A DNA stretch of 64,000 nt. Origin: Takakia lepidozioides. Its lineage: Eukaryota > Plantae > Bryophyta. Where the stretch lies: positions 27,776,001 to 27,840,000 of the forward strand of contig CM060734.1 in the NCBI GenBank assembly GCA_030704615.1, in the 5' to 3' direction. The translations under genes and the position numbers were made by a program. Positions 13,372 through 25,900 of this stretch are shown here, piece by piece. Under the pieces are notes generated by a model, which made no database searches, was not told where the DNA came from, and was given only the letters and a program-made list of their open reading frames with translations. Position 1 is the stretch's first letter, and the number at the start of each line of letters is the position of its first letter.

Positions 13372-15339
13372 CCCCACTTCCCAGTTTGTGGAGCTTCTGT
13401 TTTCTTTTGATATGATTGTTAGGGGGATTTTTAGTCGTCTATTAGGCCCAGGTGCATTTGATAGTGAGCAGGGCTCCTTAGCGTGTCGTTAGGCTACCCT
13501 CTCGATCTCTTCTGGAGGAATGGGTTTACTATCCACGGTCGTTACTGGCCCTGCTACCTTCCTAAGTAGTTGGGCTTTAGTTGCTCCAGCCTTGACATTT
13601 CGGTTTCTGTGTTAGCAACGCCCTTTTCTCATGGAGGTGGTTGCCCACATCGACGATGGCTCTTTGTCCTTCCAACAACATCTTCGTTCACCGCGGGATC
13701 TCCTCTCGATACAAGCACGAGAATCTCCTTGTCTGCCACCCTTCGAACAGTTGGACACTCAAGGTCTGGAGCACTTACAGGATACCATCATGGAACGTGT
13801 GCAACGACACTCATTTTCCAACATGCTTTCCGACGCTCCTTCGGATACACATTGGGTTAGACTTCTCTCATGCGCCGGGCCCGGAACAGACGCGTGGCTC
13901 ACGGTACGACCAACCATTGCACCCTTTCATATGTCTTCTACTATTTTTACCACCTCCCTACGAGTTCAACTGGGTCTTCTACATTCTTCTGTATTAGGAC
14001 TACAACAGTGTGTTGGTTGCCATCCTATCGATTCACTCGACGTACATCTTCTTCGTTGCCCCTGCGGTGAGAACGCACTGCGACCCATGACGTCGTCCGG
14101 GATGCAGCAGCTGCGGTTGCTCGTGATGCCGGGGTCCATGTCATTCGAGAGCAGATGCACGTACTCCTATCGACCCACGATCACCATTACACTCGACGAC
14201 GGGTTGACATTGTTCTCTCTCACGATTGCGATGGGAAGCAGAGTGGTGAGTGGCCCCCGGAAAAAAAACATCTTGACAAGTGGACAAGATCCGTTTCGCA
14301 TAGATATTTCTCGAAAATCAATGGAGTGGATGCATAAATCACTACAGGAAATGGGGGAGGTTTGCAAAGCCGGGGCGACACCGCTGCGTCGCTAATGCCC
14401 CATTTTGGGGAGGGGTAGCAGCCCAGATTTGCGACGCCCGGGCGTCGCACGCCCGTCGCTGGGCCGTCGTACCCAATACGTCGCTAAAAAGCGACGTCGG
14501 GAGGTCATCGTGTGTGTGTATGTGTGTGTGTGGGGGGGGGGGGGGGGGGGTGGCCTTCGGCGACGCCCCGACATTGCTTTGAAGCGATCCCCCATGCCGG
14601 CGGGGCCTCTGGCTAGCGACGCCCCTGGCTAGCGACGCCCAACCATCACTGCCGCTGCTTGAATTTTTTTAAAAAACAAGGTGAAAACACATGGCAGTAG
14701 CTTCGTTGCGACGCCCGGGCGTCGGTAGCCGGCGGGGTGGGGGCCTGGGCTGAGACCCCCGAGCGTCGCAGCCTGCCATTTTTCTCAAAAAAAAAGTAGA
14801 AACACGGGGCGCCACGGGGCGTTGCGACGCCCGAGTGTTGCCAGCTGGCAGGGTGGGGGCCCAGATTGCGACCCCCAGGCGTCGGAGGAGTTGCCCGGGC
14901 GTCGTAGGCGGACGTTGTCATCGTTAATCCTACTAGGTGAGATCTCCTTCCCGGCACAGCTTCATCACAGGGAGTTGCTGCTTCAGTAGTTGTGCAAGGA
15001 AAGGAGCACGACTATCGGGCACGTCACTCCACAGACACATTCCTCCCTTTGTTAGTCGAGATCTTCGGTTGTTTGCATCATCAGTTCAATGACTTCCTTC
15101 GCACATGTGCCCATCGTGCAGCGGAAAAGAAAAGCCTTGGAAGCCCAAACGCCTATGTTCTTGTAGCTTTCTTTAGACAACGAGTTTCTGTTGCTCTGCA
15201 AAAGGCTCAAGCTCTATCTATTTTACATCGGGCAGAGGTTGCCGGGGCGGCTTCATCTCGCCTCCTGGCACTCTCTGATCCATCCTCTTTCCTGTTGTCT
15301 GACCTTCTTCGCGGAGTAGGTGATACTAGAATAGTTTGA
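13372..15339 (+). mobile_element. 5'-truncated CRE-like non-LTR retrotransposon (post-RT region, CCHC knuckle, restriction-like endonuclease), interrupted
   Basis: SSGG.G, RLLSCAGPG..AWL, C-x2-C-x8-H-x3-C (CVGC..HLLRC), HD..RDA, RRVDIVLS, then ADVVIVNPTR, KE..Y, FLPL.VE.FG, FRQRVSVALQKAQA after the insertion. Confidence 0.72.
14228..14907. mobile_element. Non-coding GC-rich insertion with repeated GCGACGCCCGGGCGTCGC palindromes
   Basis: Splits the endonuclease reading frame between DIVLSHD and ADVVI. Perfect 20-bp palindrome at 14430-14449, another at 14709-14724, many half sites. Boundaries approximate. Confidence 0.6.
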
Positions 15340-16307
15340 TTTCTTTCTTTGGGTCGATATATCTAGCCGTACGAGCTTTTGCTCTTGGGGACAGTTTTAC
15401 CCATTTGTACATTCACCCCACTTTGGGTCTTTTTATAAAGCTATGCATGTTTGTTGCATGTCCACCCATGAGGTCAACAATTATTTGACGTTGTCCTCTG
15501 GAATATACATGTAGTAAATCCGAAACCAAAACGAGGGTAAGTAGGGTAGAGGGTATTCGTGGAGCCCAGAGCCAACTAAAACGTGACACGTCAGAGAGAT
15601 AAGGGCTGTTGGCTCTGAGTCGCGAAGCGCGCGGACATGGCCCAGGGGATGGCTTGCGTGGGTCCCGTGCCACATCAAGTTGCCGCCGACTGAGGGTACC
15701 AAGAATCGGATGGCAAGGAAAGGAGGTTCGCACAAGTTTGGGACTTGTATCCAATTGTGTTATGGCGGAATGATCGCTTCCGAGGTTGGTTGGGTAGCGT
15801 AGCTGTTGAATTTTTATTTCAGAGTTTGCGGAGTGGCGAAGCTTGGCGAAACTAGCTTGGATCCGCAAGGCGTGGCCCAGGTGTTTGTGTGTTTGAGAGA
15901 GAGTGTCCGCGAGGAGAGACTCGCGATTGGAGGAAGGGTGCACGGTGCCGGGAGAGAGGGACTTAAGCGGAAGATGAAGGCTAGTTCGAGGGAACTGTAC
16001 ACGTCTCCGATTGCAGTGGAGTACGGCATAGCCGCGGCGTTGAATTCGGTGAAAGTTCTTGAGAGGCAAGTGTTTTCCCCCCAAGCTCTTTTCCTTACTG
16101 ATGCCAGACAAACGACGATCACGTTTGTGGGTTTTTTCTTTGCTGGGATGGGAAACCATGAACTTGCGATTGTCTATAGCTGGTTTGAAAAATGTTTGCT
16201 TGGACTTGGCTGGCTGTTGGGAATGGCGAATGCATGAATGAGCCCCTTCTTTCATGTTGTGTGGGCCTGCCTGTCTGATCCCCTTCGTTCTCAATGGTTC
16301 CCCCCCC

Positions 16308-16311
<4 letters not shown>

Positions 16312-16342
<31 letters not shown>
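16312..16342. repeat. (CT)n microsatellite
   Basis: Directly visible; it abuts a LINE insertion. Confidence 0.95.
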
Positions 16343-16345
<3 letters not shown>

Positions 16346-16347
<2 letters not shown>

Positions 16348-16490
16348 GGATTATTTCTTTATATGGAGGTAAGTCTTACTACCAACGTCAGCCCCTGACA
16401 GAGGTAGGTTCTGTCCCTTTTGTTCCCGCTCAAACTGGGCGCGGGGTCAATGGCCACAAGGCTACGGCAAACAACGTCTTATGAGTACAA
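16346..16490 (+). mobile_element. RTE/RTEX-like LINE, 145-bp 3'-end insertion
   Basis: Family 3' end (..[24 protein letters not shown]); TSD TCTCAAC at 16339-16345 and 16491-16497. Confidence 0.85.
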
Positions 16491-16500
16491 TCTCAACTAT

Positions 16501-18599
16501 CGTGAGGGGTCTTCTGAAGAATGGAAGGGCACAGTTGAAAAAACTGTTCCCATGATTCAAGACAGCCCTGATGAACTGGAGTATATTTCAAAGGGTTACA
16601 ACGCTCCCATTAGTTCTTCTGAGATTGTTGAAGCAATTGACCATTTAAACGGATATAAAGCTGGTGGACCTGATGGCATAGTCAACGAGCTTATCGAGCA
16701 CTGTGGCGTCCCCATGATAGAGGCCCTTGTACTTCTCTTTAACCTTATCTGGAGGACTGAAATGATCCCCTTTCCCTGGCGACAGGGGGTCATTGTCAAT
16801 CTACACAAGAAATGTGACAGAGAAGAGCCGGGGACATCCCGCGTCTCAATGCAGTTGGCAAGATATTTTGCAGAGTCATAAGTACCTCGAGGTTGATCTG
16901 GAGTGTAGAGGTTGTTTCCATGAAGGCCAAGCTGGCTTTCGGAGAACTAGGGGCTGTGTGGATCATATCTTCACTGTAAGCCAGATTATCCAGGGAAGGA
17001 AAAAAGAAGGGAAACCCACTGTTGTCTTTTTCTTTGGATGTCAAAAAGGCTTATGACACAGTGTGGAGAGATGGTCTATGGCTCGGACTCTGGTCATCTG
17101 GGATCAAGGGAAAGATGTGGAGAGTGGTCCATAACTTGTATGCTCACACCAAAAGCTGTGTCACTGTTAATGGACAGAATTCTAATCTCTTCGACATAGA
17201 CCAAGGTGTAGCGCAAGGAGGTCCCCTCTCTCCTCTGCTCTTCAATGTTTTCATAATCAACTCCTCGAGGATGTGGAAATTGAGGGATCTGGGTTAAGGG
17301 TGGGTGATGCCACCATACCAGCCTTTATGTCTGCGGATACTTTGACCTTTGGGGGCTAGAGGCTAACCTCAGTAAATGCGCAGTGGTGGCATTCAACAAC
17401 CGAGGGGAGGGAGGAGGCGACCTCAAGTGGCAGTGGGGAAGCCAAGAGATTCCTGTCCTCCATCCTGGCTTTGAGTTTTCCTCCAACTATAATTGGGATG
17501 CACATATTCGAAAAGTTGTTCAATCTGGCAAGCGCAAAGCGTTGGGTCTCACTAATTTTTTCCACTGCAGAGGGATCAACTCTGAAGTAAAAAAAACCCA
17601 TGCTTTGCCGCGTTATTAGGCCTGCCTTGGAGTACGCATCTGCAGTGTGGGTTGATAACTCCAACCAGGCTAAGTCTCTAGTATCCGTTCAAGTGGGGGT
17701 GCTCAAGGAGTGCATGTCAGCATGCTCCGAAACTGCTAATGTGGCTGTTCGGGGTGAGTTTGGCATCCCTCCCTCAAGCTCCCGACGAGATGAGTTCTAG
17801 GTCAGATGGTGGGGTCAGCTGCAACGTATGACTAACATCAGATATCCTAAGTTAATCGACTCTATATCTTGGAAGCAGGATCGCCCTGTCAAACAGGCTG
17901 AGTCCTGGCAGAAGAGGGTAGAAGACATTTGCAAGGATCTGAATCTAAGTCCGCAAGTCTTGACCCTGCTGGATAAATCTGACTTAGAGGCTGTAGTGTC
18001 CAAAGCCATGTCTGTTGCCAGGAAATTGTCTGATGAAATGAAGTTAGGCAGAAAACTTCCCTGAACTTGTTTCCAGTCCGTGACATGGGGGAGGCCATCA
18101 TGGATGACCTCAAGGTTTACCCACTCTCGGCACTAGACTGAAATTAAACTCAGGGCGGGAAGCCTACCTTTGAATAAGCAAACAGATGCAGAGAGGAAAG
18201 GGGGATTGCAAATGCCTGTTGTGTGGGCAACCTGAAGACAATATTCATTTTCTGATTTATTGTCCTGGGTACCCTCACCAGAGACGCCCTCTTCACATTC
18301 AAGGGATTCGTGAATGTACCTCCGTTTACCAACTTTGAAAATCTCGAGGCTGAGCCAAAAGCCCAGGCCCTTTTGGGGCCTAGTTATTGGGCAAATCACA
18401 CACAGCAGATTGACGCTTGTGTAAAGGTAGTTCTAGAGGATATTTGGAAAACTCGGATCAATTGTCTGTTCCAAGGTAAGTCATACTATGGGTGTCAGCC
18501 CCTGACAAAGGTAGTTTCTGTCCCTTTGTGTTCCGCTCAAACTGGGCGCGGGGTCAATGGCCACAAGGCTATGGCAAACAACGTCCTATGAGTACATTC
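16501..18599 (+). mobile_element. RTE/RTEX-like LINE, 5'-truncated, degenerate (older subfamily)
   Basis: RT motifs ([42 protein letters not shown]) and C-terminal Zn knuckle; TSD TCTCAACTAT at 16491-16500 and 18600-18609. Confidence 0.9.
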
Positions 18600-18611
18600 T
18601 CTCAACTATTA

Positions 18612-18745
18612 TGATTGAATCCTTTCATTTTTCCTTCCCAAGTAGAACAGTGTTTTTTTCAGATGTGCCACGTGCACCGGGGTGGAAGGTTGTCCTCCAC
18701 AAGGATCCTCGAGCTCGACGAGTAGTAGCAGATGTCAACGAGTAT
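18612..18745 (+). mobile_element. Small CACTA/En-Spm transposase C-terminal (DUF4216-like) relic
   Basis: Frame-shifted translation PF.FPSQVEQ.FFSDVPRAPGWKVVLHKDPRARRV resembles the EPFILASQ..QVFY..GW.VV..PR end of CACTA transposases. Confidence 0.5.
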
Positions 18746-19005
18746 GTGAATGTGTTGTTCTCTTTCCCCACCTTTCTCATGTTTTTGCACGTGCATAACT
18801 TAAAATTGTGGTAGGGCCTCTGCTTGCTGGGGTGGATGTGTGGGCTAATCCTACCACGCCATGTTGTTCGGACTAGCTGTGCACTCATTTCAAACTTCTT
18901 ACAAGTCCATATCAGGACCATGCATATCGAACCACTGATTGGTGTTGGGCTTATGCAGAGCAGGTGGCTTTGGTGGTATTGGCACGCAAGCCCTTCATAA
19001 ATTCA

Positions 19006-19902
19006 ATGGGAGCAACTGGCCCCCCGGGGGGTCTTGACATCCAGAATTTTTTCAAGGGCAACCCTTATCCTCCACAATCAGCCCCCTACCAAGCTCAAGC
19101 CTTAAATGCTTTACATGTCCAACCTCCACTGCCCTACCCTCCCAACAACAACTTCACCCCTTCCAGTAACTTCCCCTCAAATGCAAATTCTTTCCCCTCT
19201 CCACTGGGGCCCTCATACAACACATCGGTGCCACCACAGATGCCCTCCACAATGTACCACCCCTACCTCCCATACCCACAAGATTATGGACCCAGGCCCA
19301 CCCCCTGTCCCTCTTCTCCGTTCAACCAGTCACCTCCATCATCATTCTCTCAACCTACCCCTCTCCCTCACAGTGCTCCCCCACTTATATCCCTCCCGCT
19401 TTCATCTCTCCTGCAAGTCAGCCGCCCAAACCCAGGTTCGAGCTCCCCATTGGATGGTGCACGCCTTATGGCTCTCTTGACGACGCAGTCTGCAGCTGAG
19501 GGCACTGATGAAATTCTCTCTTCACCAAGCTCCACTGAGCTTCCTCCCTCCTCATTGAACCAGATAGAGGTCTCTGTCCCTCCACCTGCAATAGCCTTGG
19601 CAACACCAGTGAATTTGGCCCTTTCTTCTGCATTGACTAGGCTGCCAAATAGCAAGTTACCGAGGGGTCGGCATATGAAGGGAGAACGCATTGTGTACGA
19701 TGTGGACGAGCACAAGCCTGGGGAAGCCCAACCACAACTAGAAGTAAGTCCAATTACAGTGTATAGTTCAGACCCTGTGTTGGTGGTGGGCAAGCAAATT
19801 GCTGTGAACAAGAAGTACATTTGCTATGGGCTGCGTGGAGCCACAATTCGTATCCTCAATATCAACACTGCGTTGCGGGCCCTGCTTCGTGGCCATACTG
19901 AG
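19006..19902 (+). CDS. VCS: VCS/EDC4 coding exon 1
   Basis: ATG at 19006; ends RALLRGHTE|gtgag. Confidence 0.9.
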
Positions 19903-22900
19903 GTGAGCCCAGTACATAATTATGTTTCTGTTGATCTGATATTCCCTAGCTTTGTCACATAGCTGATGCATGTTGAGTTTCTTCTCCTCTCTTATGATTC
20001 TCAAAAGTGTTATAAGGTGTCATTTCATGTCTTAGTATTGTTCCTGCACTTTCCCTCTCCCTCTTCACCAATTGGAAGCTCTACCTTTGTCTGCCGAAGT
20101 AGCCTTGTTTCTCTTACATACATCTTTGTCTTTTGCTCAGAGATATCTGAATCACTTCTGTTAAAAGCTAAAGAGGGCTTGCTTCTTCCATCATTAATCT
20201 CAGGGACTAAGGGTTGGGAAGCAATGCCTGGCATTTTGTGTTATCATGGGCACTGTCATCACAAAGACTTTGCACATATTGATGCTCACTATTATGTGGT
20301 ACAGAGGGTGACTGACCTGGCTTTCTTTGCAGAGGACGTCAATCTACTTGCAAGGTAAATGTCTTCTCTATTAAAAATCGACCATACTTGTGTGCAGCTT
20401 TAACGCTCTAGTCACAAAGTCCTGTGTTTCTGGAGATAAAATGATACACATCCAGTTGGGTATTGCCTTGGTCTGGCTCGTCAGTTTCATTTGCACTCAA
20501 AAGGCAGTGCTCTCATCTCTCATAAGATTGTATACGTTGGTGGTCTCAGGTAGCACAGGTAGTAGTAGGTTGTGGACAGAAGCAGTAAAGTAGAAGTGTG
20601 AATTTTAACAAAAATGCTACACTTCTGCATGAGTTAGTGAAGAGATGGTAGGGACTGAATATTTTGTACGCTACCCATCCGGGTTGATTGTACCTAGGTT
20701 TGTTGTTACCAAACCTCTCTGATGTTTCATCTCTCAGACTGACTCTCTGAGAGACATAACTCTCCCTGTCCTCTAGGAAGCCTATTGCCATTGGGTGGAC
20801 TTGATACGGGAGTACATTAATGTCTCTGTGACTAAATGCCGGCCTTGTGACCTCGTGTCCTTGTTTGTTTCGACCTGAAGCGCTTTGCTCCAGGTAAGGT
20901 AGTGCATTGGTTCTAGTTGGAAAGCTTGGGGCCTTTCCCTCTTTAGAATATGCCTACATGGGCCATTCCCTGCAACTCCCTGGAGTGTGATCTCTGAATG
21001 GTAACAAGCGGACCCCTACCGCTTGGGGGCAGCCCCTCCGCCCAATTTGGGCAGTCGTATGCTCTGTATAGCATACTCGGCACTTGGGCTCGGAATGGTT
21101 CCTGTGCTTAAACTTATAGCCTGCGAGATCAATCAATATTTTAGCTCCTATCAACATCAACACTCCCCAGGGTGATTCCTGGGAATTGGTTACTTATGCC
21201 AAATCTAGGGCTTCATGTGTAGTTTTTGGGGTGAATCCCAGGATGGACGATGTGTCCTTTAAAACTACATGCTCTAGCTTAGGCTTGGATTTCATGGCCA
21301 ATGGCTCCATCTCGAGACTTGATAACAGGGGTACGTTGAAGGTTGCAATGTCCAAAAGTGCTTCTAATAGAGTCCCACATCAATTCAATCTCAAAGAAGT
21401 TCGTCCCTTGACTGGCTGGAGAGCGGTCTTAGACATTGGTGATTCAATGGGGCGCTCTAGGAAGACAACCAAGGGCAAGGACTTCAACTTGAGAGTTTCT
21501 AATCGGTTTGATGCTCTGGATGAGGTTGAATCCAAACAGCCAGAAGGACAAGATGCCCCTAAGTGTACAGAACCTGAACGTCCTGAATCTGAAGGATTTG
21601 GTACTCTGAATGGTTTACCAATCCTCAAGGTTTACACAAGACGAACAAATTCTATACACGGGGTAATTGTCCCCAAGCCGTCAGATGGACAATCTGTCCC
21701 TAAGTGTGCAGAGCCTGAACGTCCTGAATCTGAAGGATTTGGTACTTTGAATGGTTTACCAATCCTCAAGGTTTACACAAGACGAACAAATTCTATACAC
21801 GGGGTAATTGTCCCCAAGCCGTCAGATGGACAATCTGTCCCTAAGTGTGCAGAGCCTGAACGTCGTGTAACTGAAGGATTTGGTACTCTAAATGGTTTAC
21901 CAATCCTCAAAGTCTACACAAGACGAGCAAAATCTATACACGGGGTAATTGTCCCCAAGCAGTCTGACGGACAATATGCCCCTAAGTGTGCGGAGCCTGA
22001 GCGTCGTGTAACTGAAGGATTTGGTACCCTGAATGGTTTACCAATTCTCAAAGTCTACACAAGACGAGCAAAATCTACACATGGGGTAACTGTCCCCCCT
22101 TTGCAGAACGGTTCGCCGTCCAGGAGCAATCACAAGCTACCTAGACGACAAACAAGTCACATGCAAAGGGCTGGCTTGCGGCTGGCCACTTTCAACTTCT
22201 CAGGGCTGACTAACCAAAGGAAACAACTCGAAGTGGGACAAGTCCTTCGGACTAATGATATTCATATCTGTGCTGGGCAAGAAACATGGGAAACGTCGGA
22301 TAAACTGGTTGGAGATGTCAATGGTTATAAATGGGCAGGTAGGATGTGTACTCTCAGGGCAGCCTCTGCCAAACGCGGTCAAAAAGGGGTTGGATTCTTT
22401 GTCCGTGATTTCTTGTTTGATAATTGTGAAATTATCAACAAGGGTTTGAGGTACGAGCATAGTATCTGGCTAAAACTGAATCTGAAGGGCGGCATGAGTA
22501 CGAAGGACCTCTTTGTGGGTTGTGTTTACATGCCCACAGAGGGGACCTTTAGTGCTGACGCAGACAAAGCCTTCGAAGATGTAAAGCTAGACTGTGCTTC
22601 GTTCCTTGCCAAAGGTCAGGTAGTGCTATTGGGTGACTTCAATGCCCGGGTGGGCAAAGGGCTCCATCAGGACGATATCATTGGGCCTTTTGGTGAGGAC
22701 GAGCTGAATTCTAATGGCAGACGGTTAATTAACTGTCTGGAAGAGCTTCAGCTTTTGACCTTGAATAACAGGACAAGAGGTGACCAAGTGCAGTGGACTC
22801 GTGAGAAATCCCAAACTGGGGAACGTTCCATTGTGGACTATATCATAATGGACAAAAATTTGTTTCCCCAGTGTGCCAATGTGTTGATCGACAGAACTGA

Positions 22901-25900
22901 TATTGGTACCTCTGACCACTTCCTGTTTTGGACTGAGATCAAAAGGTGTTTTCCCAACACCAAGAGATCTGTGAAACGTTCGATTCGGAAGTGGCGCATA
23001 GAAAAATTCCATAATGAAGAGGTCAAGGCTGAGTACGTCCAGGCCTTGCAAGAGGCTCTCCCTCATTTTGTCCAATCGCTCCAAGAACTTCAGTCTCGCT
23101 CTGACAAGGCAAGAAATGAAGTCGAAAGAGCAGTGGACTCTTGGGAAAGTTTTGTTTCCTCCGTGGCTGACAAGATCATTGGGAGGAAACTAATTGTCTG
23201 CGGTAGAGCTGGTAATTGGTGGACCAATGAGATCAAACTCAAGATAGCTGAGAGACGAGCCCTTTATAAAGAGTGCTGCAATTTGAAAACCAACAGAGAA
23301 TTGTGGGCGATGTCCTACCAGCTCCGTAAAGATATCAATCAGCTTGTTAGGTCTCAGAAGAAATTATACTGGGACAAGTTATACAGTGAAATAAACTCAA
23401 ACCACCATGGTGGTAATGACAAGAAATTCTGGTTGGCCCTTCAACGTTTGTACAAGCCTAAAAACGGTCAGCAAGTACAAGCGCTGAAGACTACTAAAGG
23501 TGCAGTGGTGACTTCATCGGTTGACATTGTCAAAACCTTTGAAAATCACTACAGTATCCTTGGCAGAACTTCTAGGTCTAACAGTGAGGGGTCTTCTGCT
23601 GAATGGAGGGACACAGTTGGAAAAACTGTTCCTATGATTCACAACAGCCCTGATGAACTGGAGTATATTTCAATGGCTTATAACGCTCCCATTAGTTCTT
23701 CTGAGATTGTGGAAGCAATTAAACATTTAAATGGATATAAAGCTGGTGGACCTGATGGTATTGTCAACGAGCTTATCAAGCACGGTGGCGATCCCATGAT
23801 AGAGGCCCTAGTTCTCCTCTTTAACCTTATCTGGAAGACTGAAATGATCCCCTTTCGCTGGCGACAGGGGGTCATTGTCAATCTATATAAGAAGGGTGAC
23901 AGAGAAGAACCGGGGAACTACCGTGGCATCACGCTCCTCAATGCTGTTGGCAAGACATTCTGCAGAGTTATAAGTACTCGTCTCGAGGTTGATCTGGAGT
24001 CTAGAGGTTGTTTCCACGAAGGCCAAGCTGGCTTTTGGCGAAACAGGGGCTGTGTGGATCATATCTTCACTCTAAGCCAGATTATCCAGGGAAGGAAAAA
24101 AGAAGGGAAACCCACTTATGTTTTTTTCCTGGATGTCAAAAAGGCTGATGACAGTGTGGAGAGATGGCCTATGGTTCTGCCTCTGGTCTTGTGGGATCAA
24201 GGGAAAGATGTGGAGAGTTGTCCACAACTTGTATGCTCACACCAAAAGCTGTGTCACTGTTAACGGACAGAAGTCCAACTTCTTTGACATAGACCAAGGT
24301 GTAGCTCAAGGATGTACTCTCTCCCCTCTCCGGAAAGTTGTTCAAACTGGCAAGGGCAAAGCTCTGGGGCTCACTAAATTTTTCCACTGCAGAGGGGTCA
24401 ACTCTGAGGTTAAGAAAACCATGCTTTGTAGCGTTATTAGACCTGCCTTGGAGTACGGATCTGCTATATGGGTTGATAACTCCAACCAGGGTAAGTCTCT
24501 AGAATCCATTCAAGTGGGGGTGCTTAAGGAGTGTATGTCAGCATGCTCCAAAACAGCCAATGTGGCTGTTCGGGGTGAGTTTGGCATTCCGTCCTTAAGC
24601 TCCCGACGAGATGAATTCAAGGTCAGATGGTGGGGTCAGCTGCAACATATGCCCAACACCAGATATCCTAAGTTAATCGACTCTATATCTTGGAAACAGG
24701 ACTGCCCTGTCAAACAGGCGGCAGAAGAGAGTAGAAGAGATCCTCAAGGACCTGGACCTGGATCCGCAAGTCTTGACCCTGCTGGATAAATCTGACTTAG
24801 AGGCTGTAGTGTCCTCAGCCATGTCTGTTGCCATGAGATTGTCTGATGAAAATGAAGTTAGGCAGAAAACCTCCCTGAGCTTGTTTCCAGTCTGTGACAT
24901 GGGGGAGGACATCTTGGATGACCTGAAGGGTCTACCCACTCTCGGCACTAGACTGAAATTTAAACTCAGGGCAGGAAGCCTACCTTTGAACAGCAAACAG
25001 AAGCAGAGAGGAAAGGGAGAGTGCAATTGCCCGTTGTGTGGGCAATCTGAAGACAGTATTCATTTTCTGATACACTGTCTGGGGTTCTCTCACCAAAGAG
25101 ACGCTCTCTTCAAATCTATGAAGGGAATTGTGTCTGTACCCCTGTTTACCAACTTTGAAAGTCTTGAGGCTGAGCCAAAAGCCCAGGCCCTCCTGAGGCC
25201 TAGTTTTTGGGCAAATCACACACAGCAGATTGATGCTTGTGTGAAGGGATTTCTAGAGGATATCTGGAAAACCCGGATTAATTCTTTATATGGAGGTAAG
25301 TCTTACTACCAACGTCAGCCCCTGACAGAGGTAGGTTCTGTCCCTTTTGTTCCCGCTCAAACTGGGCGCGGGGTCAATGGCCACAAGGCTACAGCAAACA
25401 ACGTCTTATGAGTACAATCTCTCCCGTCTGCTCTTCAATGTTTTTATCAATCAACACCTCGAGGATGTGGAAAGTGAGGGATTTGGGTTAAGGGTGGGTG
25501 ATACCACCATATCAGCCCTTATGTTTGCGGATGACTTCGCAGGCATAGGGGAGACTCCAACCAATCTCCAGGAGTTGATTGATTGCGCGAAGAGATACTT
25601 TGATCTTTGGGGGCTAGAGGCTAATGTCAGCAAGTGTGCAGTGGTAGCATTCAACGACAGAGGAGAGGGAGGAAGTGATCTTAAGTGGCAGTGGGGTAGC
25701 CAAGAGATCCCGGTCCTCCCTTCCTACACTTACCTGGGCGTTGAATTTTCCTCCAATTGTAATTGGGATGCACATATCCGGAAAGTTGTTCAAACTGGCA
25801 AGGGCAAAGCTCTGGGTCTCACTAAATTTTTCCACTGCAGAGGGGTCAACTCTGAGGTTAAGAAAACCATGCTTTGCCGCGTTATTAGACCTGCCTTGGA

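Noticed and set aside
15413-16309. 298-aa minus-strand ORF
   Set aside because: No recognisable domain; it lies antisense to the GC-rich probable promoter/5' leader of VCS.
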